From: an uncultured Candidatus Micrarchaeota archaeon
Lineage (GTDB): Archaea; Micrarchaeota; Micrarchaeia; Anstonellales; Bilamarchaeaceae
Length of the DNA: 64,000 nucleotides
Reading direction: 5' to 3'
Assembly (NCBI GenBank): GCA_963791815.1
Contig: CAWBTT010000004.1
Span: forward strand, 66,215 to 130,214
Shown here: positions 26,252 to 35,899 of the stretch, one piece after another
How positions within the stretch are numbered: position 1 is the first letter of the stretch
How the letters are laid out: each line of letters begins with the position of its first letter
Program-made: the position numbers and the translations under genes
The notes under the pieces: model-generated
Told to the model about the DNA's origin: nothing
Seen by the model: only the letters and a program-made list of their open reading frames with translations
Database searches by the model: none

Positions 26252-26884
26252 TTAATCTCTCAAAAGTTTGCGCACTTCATCCTTTTTCATGCGCTTGAAG
26301 CCAAACTTTGTTACTACGCAGACATCGACACGCTCACCGCTTGCAGCATCTCTTTTCATTGCAGCTGAAACGGCCTTTGCCGCGACCGGCAGGTTTGTGG
26401 AAATGGGCTGATCCTCTACATACATTTCCTCAAGAACACCGTATGCTATTGGAGAGCCGCTTCCGGTTGCAGTCATATTCTCCTCAGTCATGCCACCAAG
26501 CATGTCAACTGAAAACAGCCTTGGCCGCTCGTCATGACCACCAATAAGGAGCTGCACAAAGAACGGGAAGAACTTGTTCTGTGAAAGTATGTTGCCAAGC
26601 AAAGTGGCAGCTGCCTCAACAGAAATCTGTCTTTCATGCTTGAGCTCATATAGCCTTATTTCAGCAGTCATCCACCGAACAAGTGTCTGAGCATCGCCAA
26701 CGCTTCCGGCTATTGTCATCGCAACGCGGTCATCGACTGCATAAATCTTGTCAATGTCCTTGCTTGCAATGAGGTAGCCCATCGTGGCCCTTCGGTCAGA
26801 AGCCAGAACTACTCCATCCTTGCAAACCATCCCTACAGTCGTGGTGCCCGTTTGAACACCCTGTACCTGTTTTGCGCTATCCAT
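26252..26884 (-). CDS. psmB: Proteasome beta subunit
   Basis: A short propeptide is followed by TTTVGMVCKDGVVLASDRRAT (Thr1 nucleophile). Confidence 0.9.
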   Translation of the reverse strand: MDSAKQVQGVQTGTTTVGMVCKDGVVLASDRRATMGYLIASKDIDKIYAVDDRVAMTIAGSVGDAQTLVRWMTAEIRLYELKHERQISVEAAATLLGNILSQNKFFPFFVQLLIGGHDERPRLFSVDMLGGMTEENMTATGSGSPIAYGVLEEMYVEDQPISTNLPVAAKAVSAAMKRDAASGERVDVCVVTKFGFKRMKKDEVRKLLRD

Positions 26885-26901
26885 GATAATCAACTTGGGA
26901 G

Positions 26902-26922
26902 AATTATGAATTATTCATAATT
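26902..26922. promoter_or_regulatory. Perfect 10-1-10 palindrome aattatgaat-t-attcataatt between the TATA-like box and psmB
   Basis: Inverted repeat verified by hand. TTTATAAA at 26930-26937 lies just upstream in the minus-strand sense. Confidence 0.4.
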
Positions 26923-27011
26923 AACAAAATTTATAAATCCCGCTGAAATAGAAGAATATGTTATTATTAGTGGTCAAAAATATTTATAAAACTGCCTGTT
27001 TTGGCTGGTGG

Positions 27012-29702
27012 TTAGTCCTCAGGCTTGACAAAAAACTTTTCAGCCTTCATCGCGCTCATTACTATTCCTGAAAGGAGCAGGCCGGCAAGGCCAATCATGA
27101 GCCAGTCGTGAAGATTGAGCGGCACAACCTGGAACCAGCTGTTGCCTTCAGCAGTATACAGAACGGCAAGCTGAAGGAGCAGGCTAAGAGCTATTGTTAT
27201 GTGGAGCCATTTGTTGGAGAAGAATGGAGAATTGTACCTCCAACGGACAAGGTAGACGCTAACCGCCTCAAGCACAACAAACCCGGTAAAGAATATGGTG
27301 TAGGCCTTCAGGATTTCATCTGCAAAGAAGTAATAAGCATAAAGGCCGAGTATCACGATGGTCTCGATAATGCCCATCCAGGCAATGAAATAAAGAGTAT
27401 TTTTGTTAATCAGGCGTTCGGATTTTGGCCTGGGCTTTCTTTCCATAATCCCATCAGCGGGAGGGTCCGCGCCCAGGGCAAGGGCGGGCAGGCCATCAGT
27501 AAGAAGATTAATCCAAAGCAGCTGAACAGCGATTTTCGGAGCTAGTGCCAGCGGGGAGATGGTAACTATGAATATTGCCAGGACTTCCGAAGTGTTTGCC
27601 CCTATCAGCAGAGTGACAAACTTCCGGATATTGTCAAAAGTCCCCCTCCCTTCAGATATCGCATTTCGGATGGAGATAAAATTATCATCAAGTATTACTA
27701 TGTCGCTGGCCTGCTTCGTGACCTCTGTTCCGCGGATACCCATCGCAATTCCAACGTCTGAGTTCTTGATTGCGGCCGCGTCGTTGACACCATCACCAGT
27801 CATGCAGACAATGTGCTTGTTCTTTTGCAATGCCTGGAGGAGCATGACCTTGTGCTTTGGGCTTGTCCTTGCGTAGATGTCGACTTTTTCCACAGTTTCA
27901 TGGAATGAGGGTTCGTCCAATTCGTCAATGTCATTTCCTGTGAGAACTTCCCCTTTGAAGCCAAGTTCAGTCCCTATTGCCTGTGCGGTGAAGTGGTTGT
28001 CACCAGTAATCATGATTACTCTTATTCCGGCTTTTCTGCAGTCTTCAATGGCTTTCCTGACTCCCTCTCTTGGCGGGTCAATCATGCCCATAAGACCAAG
28101 GAAAACAAGGCCGGACTCCATCTCTTTTTCTGAGTCTGATTTTGGATTTTCCTTGTAGGCAAAAGCAAGGACCCTGAGCGCCCCTTTTGCCATATCCTTA
28201 TTTTTCTCAAGGATTTCTTTGACGTCTTTGTTTTTTAGTTTTGAGAGGCCTTTCGGGGTCTGATATTGGGTGCATTTGGAAAGCAGGACCTCGGGCGCTC
28301 CTTTTACGAATGAGTATTTCTTTCCCTTGAAGCTGTTCAATGTTGACATGACTTTTCGCTCTGATGAGAATGGGACTTCGCTGATTCTTTTGTGTTCCTC
28401 CCGCACCTTGGTCACGTTCATTCCTGCCTTGAAAGCTGGAATCATGATGGCGACTTCTGTCGGGTCGCCCTTGAAATGCCCGTGAAGCTCCTTTGCATCG
28501 TTGCAGAGGGTTGCGCACTTGAAAAGCATGTCAAGGTCATCCACCTTCCCATTCCTGGAGATGAATTTGCCCTCTTTTACGAGCCCTTTTCCAGTGACGT
28601 CAAAGTACTTGCCAGGAAGGCGCACGGCCCCTGGAAGGAAAATCCTTGTCACAGTCATGACATTCTCTGTCAGGGTTCCGGTCTTGTCTGTGCAGATTAC
28701 ATCAACGGCCCCAAGGTCCTGCACAGTTGAGAGTTTCCTCATGAGGGCGTTCTGCTTGAGCATCCTGTTAGTCGCGATTGAAAGGGCCAGGGTGACCACG
28801 GCTGGAAGCCCTTCGGGGATTGCCGCGACACCAAGTGCTACTGCAGTTGTGAAAATGAATAGCAAGTCTCCAGTTCCAAGTATGATATTGGTTCCTGCTA
28901 TGATAACCAGCATTCCTAAAACAAGGAAGGAAACTTTCCGGCCAATGTCTGCCAGCTCTATCTGGAACTGGGTTACTTTGGGAGGCGCCTCAGATATCTG
29001 CTTTGCGATTTTGCCGACTTCGCTGTTAAGCCCGGTGTCAGTTACAATTGCAAGCCCCCTCCCCCTCGTAATGACAGAGTTCATGAAAAGCAGGTTGCTG
29101 CGCTCAGCAAGTGAGGTCTTCTCTTTGACTCCCCCAATCCTTTTTTCTGAAGGCACGCTTTCCCCAGTCAAAGCAGATTCGTCTGATGATACTGAGAATG
29201 CCTGGAGAAGATAGCAGTCTGCTGCGACCTTGTCTCCTTGACGGATGAGCAGTATGTCCCCTGGAACGACATTCTCCGAATCGATGTCAAGCTCTTTCCC
29301 ATTGCGCACTACAGTGGCTCTTGGAGCAGACATCTTGGTAAGGGCCTCGATTGTCTTTTCCGCCTTATACTCCTGGAAAAAGCCGAAGATTGCATTGCCA
29401 AGAACGATTATTGCTATCAGGATTGCGTCTATGTAGTCGCCTTCGCCTGGCTCAAGATAAGCTATCAAAAATGACACAAGGGCCGCGGCCAGAAGAAGAA
29501 GGACCAGCATATTCTTGAACTGCTCAATGAATATTTTCAGGGGGGAGATTCCCTTTTTGATGCTTATGGTGTTGCTGCCATATTTCTCAAGGCGCACAGC
29601 AGCCTCTTTATCAGTAAGGCCATTCTCCCGAGATTTTAGTTCCGAAAGAACTTCCCTGATTTCAAGGCTGTGCCATTTCATTGGAACCATTCTTCCTGCC
29701 AA
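27012..29702 (-). CDS. P-type cation-transporting ATPase (type II, Ca2+/cation pump-like)
   Basis: TGES, CTDKTGTLT, MITGDN and TGDGVNDAAAIK are present, with about 10 TM segments. Confidence 0.9.
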   Translation of the reverse strand: MAGRMVPMKWHSLEIREVLSELKSRENGLTDKEAAVRLEKYGSNTISIKKGISPLKIFIEQFKNMLVLLLLAAALVSFLIAYLEPGEGDYIDAILIAIIVLGNAIFGFFQEYKAEKTIEALTKMSAPRATVVRNGKELDIDSENVVPGDILLIRQGDKVAADCYLLQAFSVSSDESALTGESVPSEKRIGGVKEKTSLAERSNLLFMNSVITRGRGLAIVTDTGLNSEVGKIAKQISEAPPKVTQFQIELADIGRKVSFLVLGMLVIIAGTNIILGTGDLLFIFTTAVALGVAAIPEGLPAVVTLALSIATNRMLKQNALMRKLSTVQDLGAVDVICTDKTGTLTENVMTVTRIFLPGAVRLPGKYFDVTGKGLVKEGKFISRNGKVDDLDMLFKCATLCNDAKELHGHFKGDPTEVAIMIPAFKAGMNVTKVREEHKRISEVPFSSERKVMSTLNSFKGKKYSFVKGAPEVLLSKCTQYQTPKGLSKLKNKDVKEILEKNKDMAKGALRVLAFAYKENPKSDSEKEMESGLVFLGLMGMIDPPREGVRKAIEDCRKAGIRVIMITGDNHFTAQAIGTELGFKGEVLTGNDIDELDEPSFHETVEKVDIYARTSPKHKVMLLQALQKNKHIVCMTGDGVNDAAAIKNSDVGIAMGIRGTEVTKQASDIVILDDNFISIRNAISEGRGTFDNIRKFVTLLIGANTSEVLAIFIVTISPLALAPKIAVQLLWINLLTDGLPALALGADPPADGIMERKPRPKSERLINKNTLYFIAWMGIIETIVILGLYAYYFFADEILKAYTIFFTGFVVLEAVSVYLVRWRYNSPFFSNKWLHITIALSLLLQLAVLYTAEGNSWFQVVPLNLHDWLMIGLAGLLLSGIVMSAMKAEKFFVKPED

Positions 29703-29710
29703 GGAATAAA

Positions 29711-30586
29711 TTAGTTCTGGAACGGCACTACCTTGAGCACGGTCAATTCAAACCTGAGAGTCTCGTTTGCAAGATTGTGGTTTGCATCGAGCGTGATGTT
29801 CTGGTCTGTGACATTTGTCACAAGGAACCTCGTCGGCATCCCAGTAGCTGGGTGGGGGAGGGTATACGAACTGCCCTCGTAGAGAAGATACTCGATTGTG
29901 ACATTGTAAGTGTCGGTGGTGTTTACAACTTTTTGAGGAATCCCGCCAAGCCTGAATGAATGGTTAAGCGGCATGATGTAGAAAAGGGTTACATTCTCCT
30001 CATTTGTGTTGTTGATGAATACAGTACCGACTTCAGTCTCATATGCCGTGCCGACAGTGATATCCAACCCCTGAGATTCAAGATATTCCTTTGGAACTGT
30101 CTCGAAAACGCTCCTGTCGTAGTATCTGCCCACGGTGATAACTTTTGACGGGTCATATGGACCATAGCCCCTCGCAGGGTCTACTGTAAAGGTAACGGTC
30201 TCGTTCACCCTCAGGCCAATGGTGTTGATAACGAATCCGTCGATTACGCCTTGATTGAATTGCACTGTGTATGTGAATGGCTCGTATTTTCTAAGTGGGT
30301 TGTAAATTCCTGACTCGTTTGCAAGACTTGCGTTGTTAGTGTCATATACTGAACCATTGACCCAAAGGGTGTAATTGACCCAGACCGTGTCTCCAAGGCT
30401 AACGGTATAGTTAGGAGGGAGCACAGTTGGAATTACTGTGGTATTGTTCGCCGGTGGAACAACAACGGAAGTATTGTTCGAAGGAACGTCAGTAACGTTC
30501 ACAGTAGTATTATTACCCACAACCTCTGGTTCGATGCAACCGAACAGAAGGACCAACGCAAGAAGCAAGACATATTGACGCATCAT
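29711..30586 (-). CDS. Secreted lipoprotein with an FKBP-type PPIase-like domain, rich in N-x-S/T sequons
   Basis: Lipobox LLFGC. GDTVWVNYTLWVNGSVYDTN...FTVQFNQGVIDGF...VDPARGYG is FKBP-like. The longer ORF start would overlap the tRNA, so ATG 30586 is used. Confidence 0.55.
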   Translation of the reverse strand: MMRQYVLLLALVLLFGCIEPEVVGNNTTVNVTDVPSNNTSVVVPPANNTTVIPTVLPPNYTVSLGDTVWVNYTLWVNGSVYDTNNASLANESGIYNPLRKYEPFTYTVQFNQGVIDGFVINTIGLRVNETVTFTVDPARGYGPYDPSKVITVGRYYDRSVFETVPKEYLESQGLDITVGTAYETEVGTVFINNTNEENVTLFYIMPLNHSFRLGGIPQKVVNTTDTYNVTIEYLLYEGSSYTLPHPATGMPTRFLVTNVTDQNITLDANHNLANETLRFELTVLKVVPFQN

Positions 30587-30604
30587 ACACACCTTTTGAA
30601 TATT

Positions 30605-30712
30605 TGGGGTCACGGAGATTCGAACTCCGATATGCAGGTTTCTACGGCCACAAATGTCCTGTAAAGGACGGGATCTGGAGCCTGCCGTACTACCTGGTTA
30701 TACTATGACCCC
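30605..30712 (-). tRNA. tRNA-Trp(CCA) with a 35-nt intron at 37/38
   Basis: Minus-strand read: GGGGTCA TA GTATAACCAGGTAGTAC G GCAGG CTCCAG [35 nt] A CCTGC ATAT CGGAG TTCGAAT CTCCG TGACCCC A. Confidence 0.85.
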
Positions 30713-30940
30713 GTTAGTGAACTAACAGGTCAGCCTTGAACAAGCCGTTCAAGCTATGACCCCTCATAGTTTGCAAAACCACCAGAACATGACATTCATC
30801 AGTTCATTAGAATTGTCTGTATACGACAATTCCTCTGGCTCTGCGTTTGTATTCTATCAATGATAGCACATTTAAAATATCATCATTTGCTTCGGGATTT
30901 GCCTTTCCTTTTTTGATTTTTTTTCACCAGTAAAAAAGAC

Positions 30941-31807
30941 CTAAGATTCGAATGAAGTAATAGTGGCGCTTATTCTCTCTTTTACTTCTTCAGGAGAAGG
31001 ATTTAGTTCCTCCGTAGTAAAACTGCCTTTGGTCAAATCTATTTTTTCAAAAATTTGAAGGTAAAGGTTGTAGATTATTTCAAGACTAAGAGCATACTTA
31101 GGCTCTAAATCAAGATTATCCAGTGTTGATCTGGCTTCGCTCCTATATTTTTCTGCGATAGAGTGGTATTCTCTCATCAAATTTCTGAATTCAATTGGAA
31201 TTTCACCGCCAGCAGCAACAGATTTCAATGTTGATTTGGTTAGTCCGTTTTTCTCAATCAAATCATCAGCAAAATAGTTTAGATTGTCGTTTTGATCCTT
31301 TTGGAAATCCCTAACTATGTGTACCAAATAACAGAAAATGGCCAATGGACGGGCGGCTTCCCGAACATCGAAATTTGGATTATTGTATTGCCCATTCTCC
31401 TTTACAGTTCCGCATAGATGCATGAAAATTGATGCTGGAGCAATTGCAGCCCCTTCACAATAATCAAGAAATGAATTGAATGTTTTGAAACCGTTATGAT
31501 GCACATCATAAATCATGGCTTTGGATAATCTCTCCCAAGGCCAGATAGGAACATGGAATTTTAATCTCGTCTCTGCCAATTGCAATTGAAGTTTATCTTG
31601 TAGAACATAAAACTCGGAGAGAATTTGCTGCTTTTTTGCTTCTGGTAAATCCCTATTTGTGTCTACAAGATCATCAAGAACTCTCATTGACTTGTAGCAT
31701 ACCTTGAAGGCATCATAGCGCTCATCATCCCAAAAATGGGCAGCGATATCTAATATTGGATTTTTCAGGATTTGTTGAAAATCAATATCTCTGGCAGTAT
31801 TTGGCAT
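30941..31807 (-). CDS. Squalene/phytoene synthase-family (head-to-head prenyl) enzyme
   Basis: Asp-rich motif RVLDDLVDT, then YCEGAAIAPASIF, then a second motif VHIVRDFQKDQNDNLNYF. The gene is AT-rich. Confidence 0.55.
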   Translation of the reverse strand: MPNTARDIDFQQILKNPILDIAAHFWDDERYDAFKVCYKSMRVLDDLVDTNRDLPEAKKQQILSEFYVLQDKLQLQLAETRLKFHVPIWPWERLSKAMIYDVHHNGFKTFNSFLDYCEGAAIAPASIFMHLCGTVKENGQYNNPNFDVREAARPLAIFCYLVHIVRDFQKDQNDNLNYFADDLIEKNGLTKSTLKSVAAGGEIPIEFRNLMREYHSIAEKYRSEARSTLDNLDLEPKYALSLEIIYNLYLQIFEKIDLTKGSFTTEELNPSPEEVKERISATITSFES

Positions 31808-31932
31808 TGGGGGTTATAGAGGAGGCATAATTTTTTAAGTTACTTGGGCTCCTGTTTCAGACTGTCTTAGGGCAATATATCTGAAAGAATCTGCTGAAAA
31901 AGAATATAACAGTTGAGGGAGATTGTTCATCC

Positions 31933-32739
31933 ATGGACACCAGAGAGCGGTTAGTCGAAATAGCTAAGGACAACAAAACAATTCTTTGTTTCGGAATTGA
32001 CCCTGACATGACCAGGATTGGAGATAAGGCAAAGGGAGAAACTCCGGAAGAGAGCCTGGGTCCATATTTCCACGGGATACTTGAGAAACTTGTCGAGGAG
32101 AAGGAGATATCTGCAATCAAACCAAATTACGCTTTCTTTGCCCAGTATGGGTTTGGGGGCCTCTATGTCCTTGAGGAACTAATCCAGCACTATGGCAAAC
32201 ATGTCCCAGTGATTCTTGATGCCAAACGTGGAGACATTGGAAAAACAGGAATTGCTTATGCAAAAGAGCTCTATGATTTCTGGGGAGCTGACGCTGTTAC
32301 TATTAGCCCTTATATGGGAGAAGACTCGGTTAAGCCGTTTGTCCGTGAGGGGAAGCTAGCATATGTCCTTTGCAGAACATCAAACAAGGGAGCATCTGAC
32401 TTCCAGGAGTTGAAAGTTGGGCAACAAATGCTCTATGAGAAGGTCCTTGAAAAGGCAATAGAATGGAACTGCGGCATTGTCGTTGGGGCAACAAGCGATG
32501 CGATTAGGGGGATTGTGAAAAAGACTGAGAACAAGGTTCCAATGCTCATACCTGGAATAGGAGCTCAGGGAGGCGACCTTGGAATGGTCATGGAAGCGAT
32601 TGCGGGAAATGCCGAGATTCACAGGATAAACGCATCTTCATCAATTGCATACGCGTTTGAGAAGCATGATGGAAACCCAGCTGAGGCCGCATTGAAGGAA
32701 GCGTCAAAACTAAACGAGACCATCAGAAGGCACCTTTGA
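31933..32739 (+). CDS. pyrF: Orotidine 5'-phosphate decarboxylase (type 2)
   Basis: ILCFGIDPD, AIKPNYAFF, VILDAKRGDIG and LIPGIGAQGG are present. Confidence 0.8.
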   Translation: MDTRERLVEIAKDNKTILCFGIDPDMTRIGDKAKGETPEESLGPYFHGILEKLVEEKEISAIKPNYAFFAQYGFGGLYVLEELIQHYGKHVPVILDAKRGDIGKTGIAYAKELYDFWGADAVTISPYMGEDSVKPFVREGKLAYVLCRTSNKGASDFQELKVGQQMLYEKVLEKAIEWNCGIVVGATSDAIRGIVKKTENKVPMLIPGIGAQGGDLGMVMEAIAGNAEIHRINASSSIAYAFEKHDGNPAEAALKEASKLNETIRRHL

Positions 32740-32782
32740 ATATATTTAAATACACTATCAGCCATTTATTATAATGGATTAA

Positions 32783-33724
32783 ATGACGGGTGGAATCACA
32801 AGAAGAGAGCTTATTTTTCGAAAATTGCCCACGGCAGTAGCTGCAGTGGCAGGCAGTTGCACCTTTCTTGGAGCTGCCAATGTGCTAGCTGAACCTATTC
32901 AGAGGCATAAAATGAGTTTGAAAGAGTATACCAACCACCTCCTGCTCCAGCATTGGGACAGGTTTCTAAAATTGAGGGAAAAAGAATTTTCAGAATTCTG
33001 CGGGGGGCATTTTCTGGACAAAACAGATGGCGAGGTTGCACACGGGTATGTTGCCTCATCGTTTTTCCATGAACTCATCAGAAGGAACGGGATTCTGGGA
33101 AACAGGTATATGCTGATAGGTGAGAGGCCCGAGAGAATACTGAAGGTTGATGGCGAAATCCTCGCACTATTAACAGAGAAAGAACTGGAGCTTAGGGGGC
33201 CAGGAAGAATGCTTAGTGACATGTTCTCCGGAAAGCCGAAGTATGCGCTCGAAGATGGTAGCAGGATTCATTGTTTTGGAGACTGTGATGAATACGAGAT
33301 GGCATACGCAACTATCGTAAAAGCAGTCGGCATCAATGCCAAGGTAGTTATGACTGAGGCCAGCCATGTGAACACCCAGATTGGGATTGGGGAAAAGAAG
33401 ATTCTAGTGGACAATACCAGAAACATGTTCGGACAAGGCGTTGATTGTAAAGGAAGGTGCAAGGACTACAAAACTGGTGAACTCGGATTCATAGAACCGC
33501 AGAAAGCAAGTATGTATATCAATAGAATCAACCGAATGGCAAGGGCAGGCACCAATGTTAGGATTTATCCGAAAGGAGAAAAAAGAGTGGATGAAAAAAT
33601 AGACAGTGCCCTGAGGCGCTGGGAGAAGGCTACTGAAGTTTCAGCATATCAAGAAGAGACTGGACTATTGCCCAGTTCACAAAGAGCACATACAGAAGAA
33701 GAAGGAACAACAGGGTCCAGATGA
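32783..33724 (+). CDS. Tat-signal protein with a possible transglutaminase-like Cys-His-Asp core
   Basis: N-terminal TRRELIFRKL plus a hydrophobic stretch. GDCDEYEMAYATIVKAVGINAKVV..ASHVNTQI....LVDNT resembles the TGase core order. The 3' 95 nt overlap the convergent gene. Confidence 0.35.
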   Translation: MTGGITRRELIFRKLPTAVAAVAGSCTFLGAANVLAEPIQRHKMSLKEYTNHLLLQHWDRFLKLREKEFSEFCGGHFLDKTDGEVAHGYVASSFFHELIRRNGILGNRYMLIGERPERILKVDGEILALLTEKELELRGPGRMLSDMFSGKPKYALEDGSRIHCFGDCDEYEMAYATIVKAVGINAKVVMTEASHVNTQIGIGEKKILVDNTRNMFGQGVDCKGRCKDYKTGELGFIEPQKASMYINRINRMARAGTNVRIYPKGEKRVDEKIDSALRRWEKATEVSAYQEETGLLPSSQRAHTEEEGTTGSR

Positions 33725-35138
33725 TGCGCATCTTCTTTTTCATAACCCATTTGTAGTATTTCTTTACCGGCTTGAAAAGCAGGAATGAGAATATCTTTCC
33801 GACTGCCTTGAGTATGAAATCAAGGAATTTGAGCAGGAACTTGAAAATCCCGTCCCAGATTGGAGGCCTTTTTTTCTTAGGTTTTTCTATAGGTTTTTTC
33901 TCTTGTTTAGGTTTTTCCTGATGGATTGGAGGTTCCTTTGCCTCTTGTTTCCTTACTACTTTTTTGGCAGGCTTTTCCCTTGCAGCTTTAGCATACTTCC
34001 TTGCCATTGCAGGGTCAGAAGCTTCAATCAGTGTTTCGTCAGGAACTACTCCCATAGTCGTTGCAGGGGCAAACATTTTCACCTCAACTGGTTCTGTCTG
34101 GCTCCCACCGTCTGCAAGTGTTGATACTATGGCGACTCCTGGAGGCATTCTTTTCAGCCTCTCCAAAACATCGATTTCAGATTCAGGAAATGATTGTGCA
34201 AGTGCCTTCAGCCTCCGGTTTCCTTTCTGTGTGAAGACCTTCTGTGAGAATATGATTTTCGTTGAGAGCTGGCTCAGTATGTCATCCGGAAGGTCGGTAA
34301 CATCCTGAGTGACAAAGAAAACCGAGACCCCTTTTGAGCGAATTTGTTTCAGTATGGTCACCATCAAATCCTGAAGGGATTTGTTTGAGTCTTTGAATAG
34401 ATAATGAGCCTCATCAAAGAATATCACATACTCCGGCCTCTCCACATCCCCCTTCTCAGGGAGGTTGTCAAAGAGCATCTGCAGGAGGAAAGCAGGGGCA
34501 ATAGAGACGCTCATGTCTTTTCTTGAATCTGAGAGGTTGAGGACATTCATACCCTTCAGGTCGTTAAGTTTGATACTGGGCCTGCCGAACATGTTTCCGG
34601 CTCCGGATTCCTGGAGTGCAAGAACTTTTCTTTCAATCACACTGACACTTGAGTTGCTGATTCCCCTTGCCTTGTTGTCTATAAGTTCATCAAGGACATC
34701 CAGAAGCTGCTCCAAATCATGAACAGGAATCCCATTCTTCTTTGCATAGGAGAATGCGAGGGCAAGGTGGCTCTCCTGAGTAGGATTCAATGAAAGGAGT
34801 TTTGATAGAAGCACTGTGCCAATCGAACTCACTGAGAAACGAAGTGGGATGTATCTTTCAGATATGCTCCAGTAATTTGTTTCAACCCCGTGAGGTTCAT
34901 ATGGAGCGAGCTTGTTTCTTTCGTGCGGATTGCCAGGAACACAGAATCCTGACGCGTCTCCCTTAATGTCTGATACGAAAACATCGACTCCCGAATCTGC
35001 CAGCTGCTCGGCTAAGACCTGCATGGTCCTGCTTTTTCCGGTTCCAGTGCTGCCTGCTATCAGGCCATGCCTTGTAAGGTATCTTGCCGGGATTCCTACT
35101 ACATCGCTTCCGTCAACACCAAGCTTGGGGTCACTCAT
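33630..35138 (-). CDS. DUF853/YjgR-like HerA-FtsK-superfamily NTPase with a Lys/Pro-rich linker and C-terminal membrane anchor
   Basis: Walker A AGSTGTGKSRT, Walker B VIFFDEAHYLF and FFVTQDVTDLP are present. The C-terminus is KPKQEKKPIEKPKKKR followed by hydrophobic helices. Confidence 0.65.
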   Translation of the reverse strand: MSDPKLGVDGSDVVGIPARYLTRHGLIAGSTGTGKSRTMQVLAEQLADSGVDVFVSDIKGDASGFCVPGNPHERNKLAPYEPHGVETNYWSISERYIPLRFSVSSIGTVLLSKLLSLNPTQESHLALAFSYAKKNGIPVHDLEQLLDVLDELIDNKARGISNSSVSVIERKVLALQESGAGNMFGRPSIKLNDLKGMNVLNLSDSRKDMSVSIAPAFLLQMLFDNLPEKGDVERPEYVIFFDEAHYLFKDSNKSLQDLMVTILKQIRSKGVSVFFVTQDVTDLPDDILSQLSTKIIFSQKVFTQKGNRRLKALAQSFPESEIDVLERLKRMPPGVAIVSTLADGGSQTEPVEVKMFAPATTMGVVPDETLIEASDPAMARKYAKAAREKPAKKVVRKQEAKEPPIHQEKPKQEKKPIEKPKKKRPPIWDGIFKFLLKFLDFILKAVGKIFSFLLFKPVKKYYKWVMKKKMRIIWTLLFLLLLYVLFVNWAIVQSLLDMLKLQ

Positions 35139-35191
35139 CGAAGAAGAAATGGGATTGTGATTTTATAATACTTGATGAAGATGAGATAATT

Positions 35192-35899
35192 ATGTACGTC
35201 CCTCCGAAGGATTCCCATAAGGGAGAAAACGGAAGACTTCTCATAATCGCAGGAAGCAGGCAGTTCCATGGAGCTGCCATGCTCCCAATACTTGGAGCAA
35301 GAAGGTTTTGCGACCTTGTTTTCCATTATCCTGCTGAGAAAGACCCAGGTTTGATTTTCGCTGTGAAGACTATTCCTGACGTCATAGTCCTAAGAGATTT
35401 GAAAATGCTCAGCAAAATGGACTGCGTCCTTTTTGGCAATGGAATTGGCAATGCCAAATTCGACGTAAAAAAACTGAAAGGAAACCTTATTGTTGATGCC
35501 GATGGCCTGAAGAAAATCAAGGGAAAGATTCCGAAGGGAGCACTGCTCACCCCTCATGAGGGAGAGTTTGCAATGCTTTTCGGAGTTGCTGGCACTGAGA
35601 AAAATGTCAAGGCGATGGCAAAAAAACACAAGTGCACCATCCTGAGAAAAGGGCTTGTTGACATCATTAGCGATGGGGAGAAAACAGTGAGAGTAATCGG
35701 CGGGAATCCAGGTCTCACAAAAGGCGGGACCGGAGACGTCCTTGCAGGCCTTGTGGCTGCACTTGGGTGCAAGAATCCGCTGTTCTATTCTGCGGTCGAA
35801 GGATCCAGAATGGTCAAGAAGGCTGGAAGCAGGCTTATGAAGAAATACGGCTACAATTACTGTGCATCAGATTTAGCAGAGGAGATTGCAAAGAAGTGA
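35192..35899 (+). CDS. nnrD: ADP/ATP-dependent NAD(P)H-hydrate dehydratase (YjeF C-terminal type)
   Basis: SHKGENGRLLIIAGSRQFHGAA and GGTGDVLAGLVAAL are present. Confidence 0.75.
   Translation: MYVPPKDSHKGENGRLLIIAGSRQFHGAAMLPILGARRFCDLVFHYPAEKDPGLIFAVKTIPDVIVLRDLKMLSKMDCVLFGNGIGNAKFDVKKLKGNLIVDADGLKKIKGKIPKGALLTPHEGEFAMLFGVAGTEKNVKAMAKKHKCTILRKGLVDIISDGEKTVRVIGGNPGLTKGGTGDVLAGLVAALGCKNPLFYSAVEGSRMVKKAGSRLMKKYGYNYCASDLAEEIAKK

Noticed and set aside
30764-30775. ctatgacccc repeated 50 nt from the tRNA-Trp 5' end (possible att remnant flanking the AT-rich prenyl-synthase gene)
   Set aside because: It is only ~10 nt and lies on the 5' side of the tRNA. No integrase or second boundary was found, so it is too weak to call an integrated element.
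33630-33724. 95-nt convergent overlap between the Tat-signal protein gene and the DUF853 ATPase gene
   Set aside because: I considered it as evidence for a mis-assembly or frameshift. Both reading frames are continuous, and the overlapped tails are low-information termini. It is noted in the ATPase finding but not treated as an anomaly on its own.
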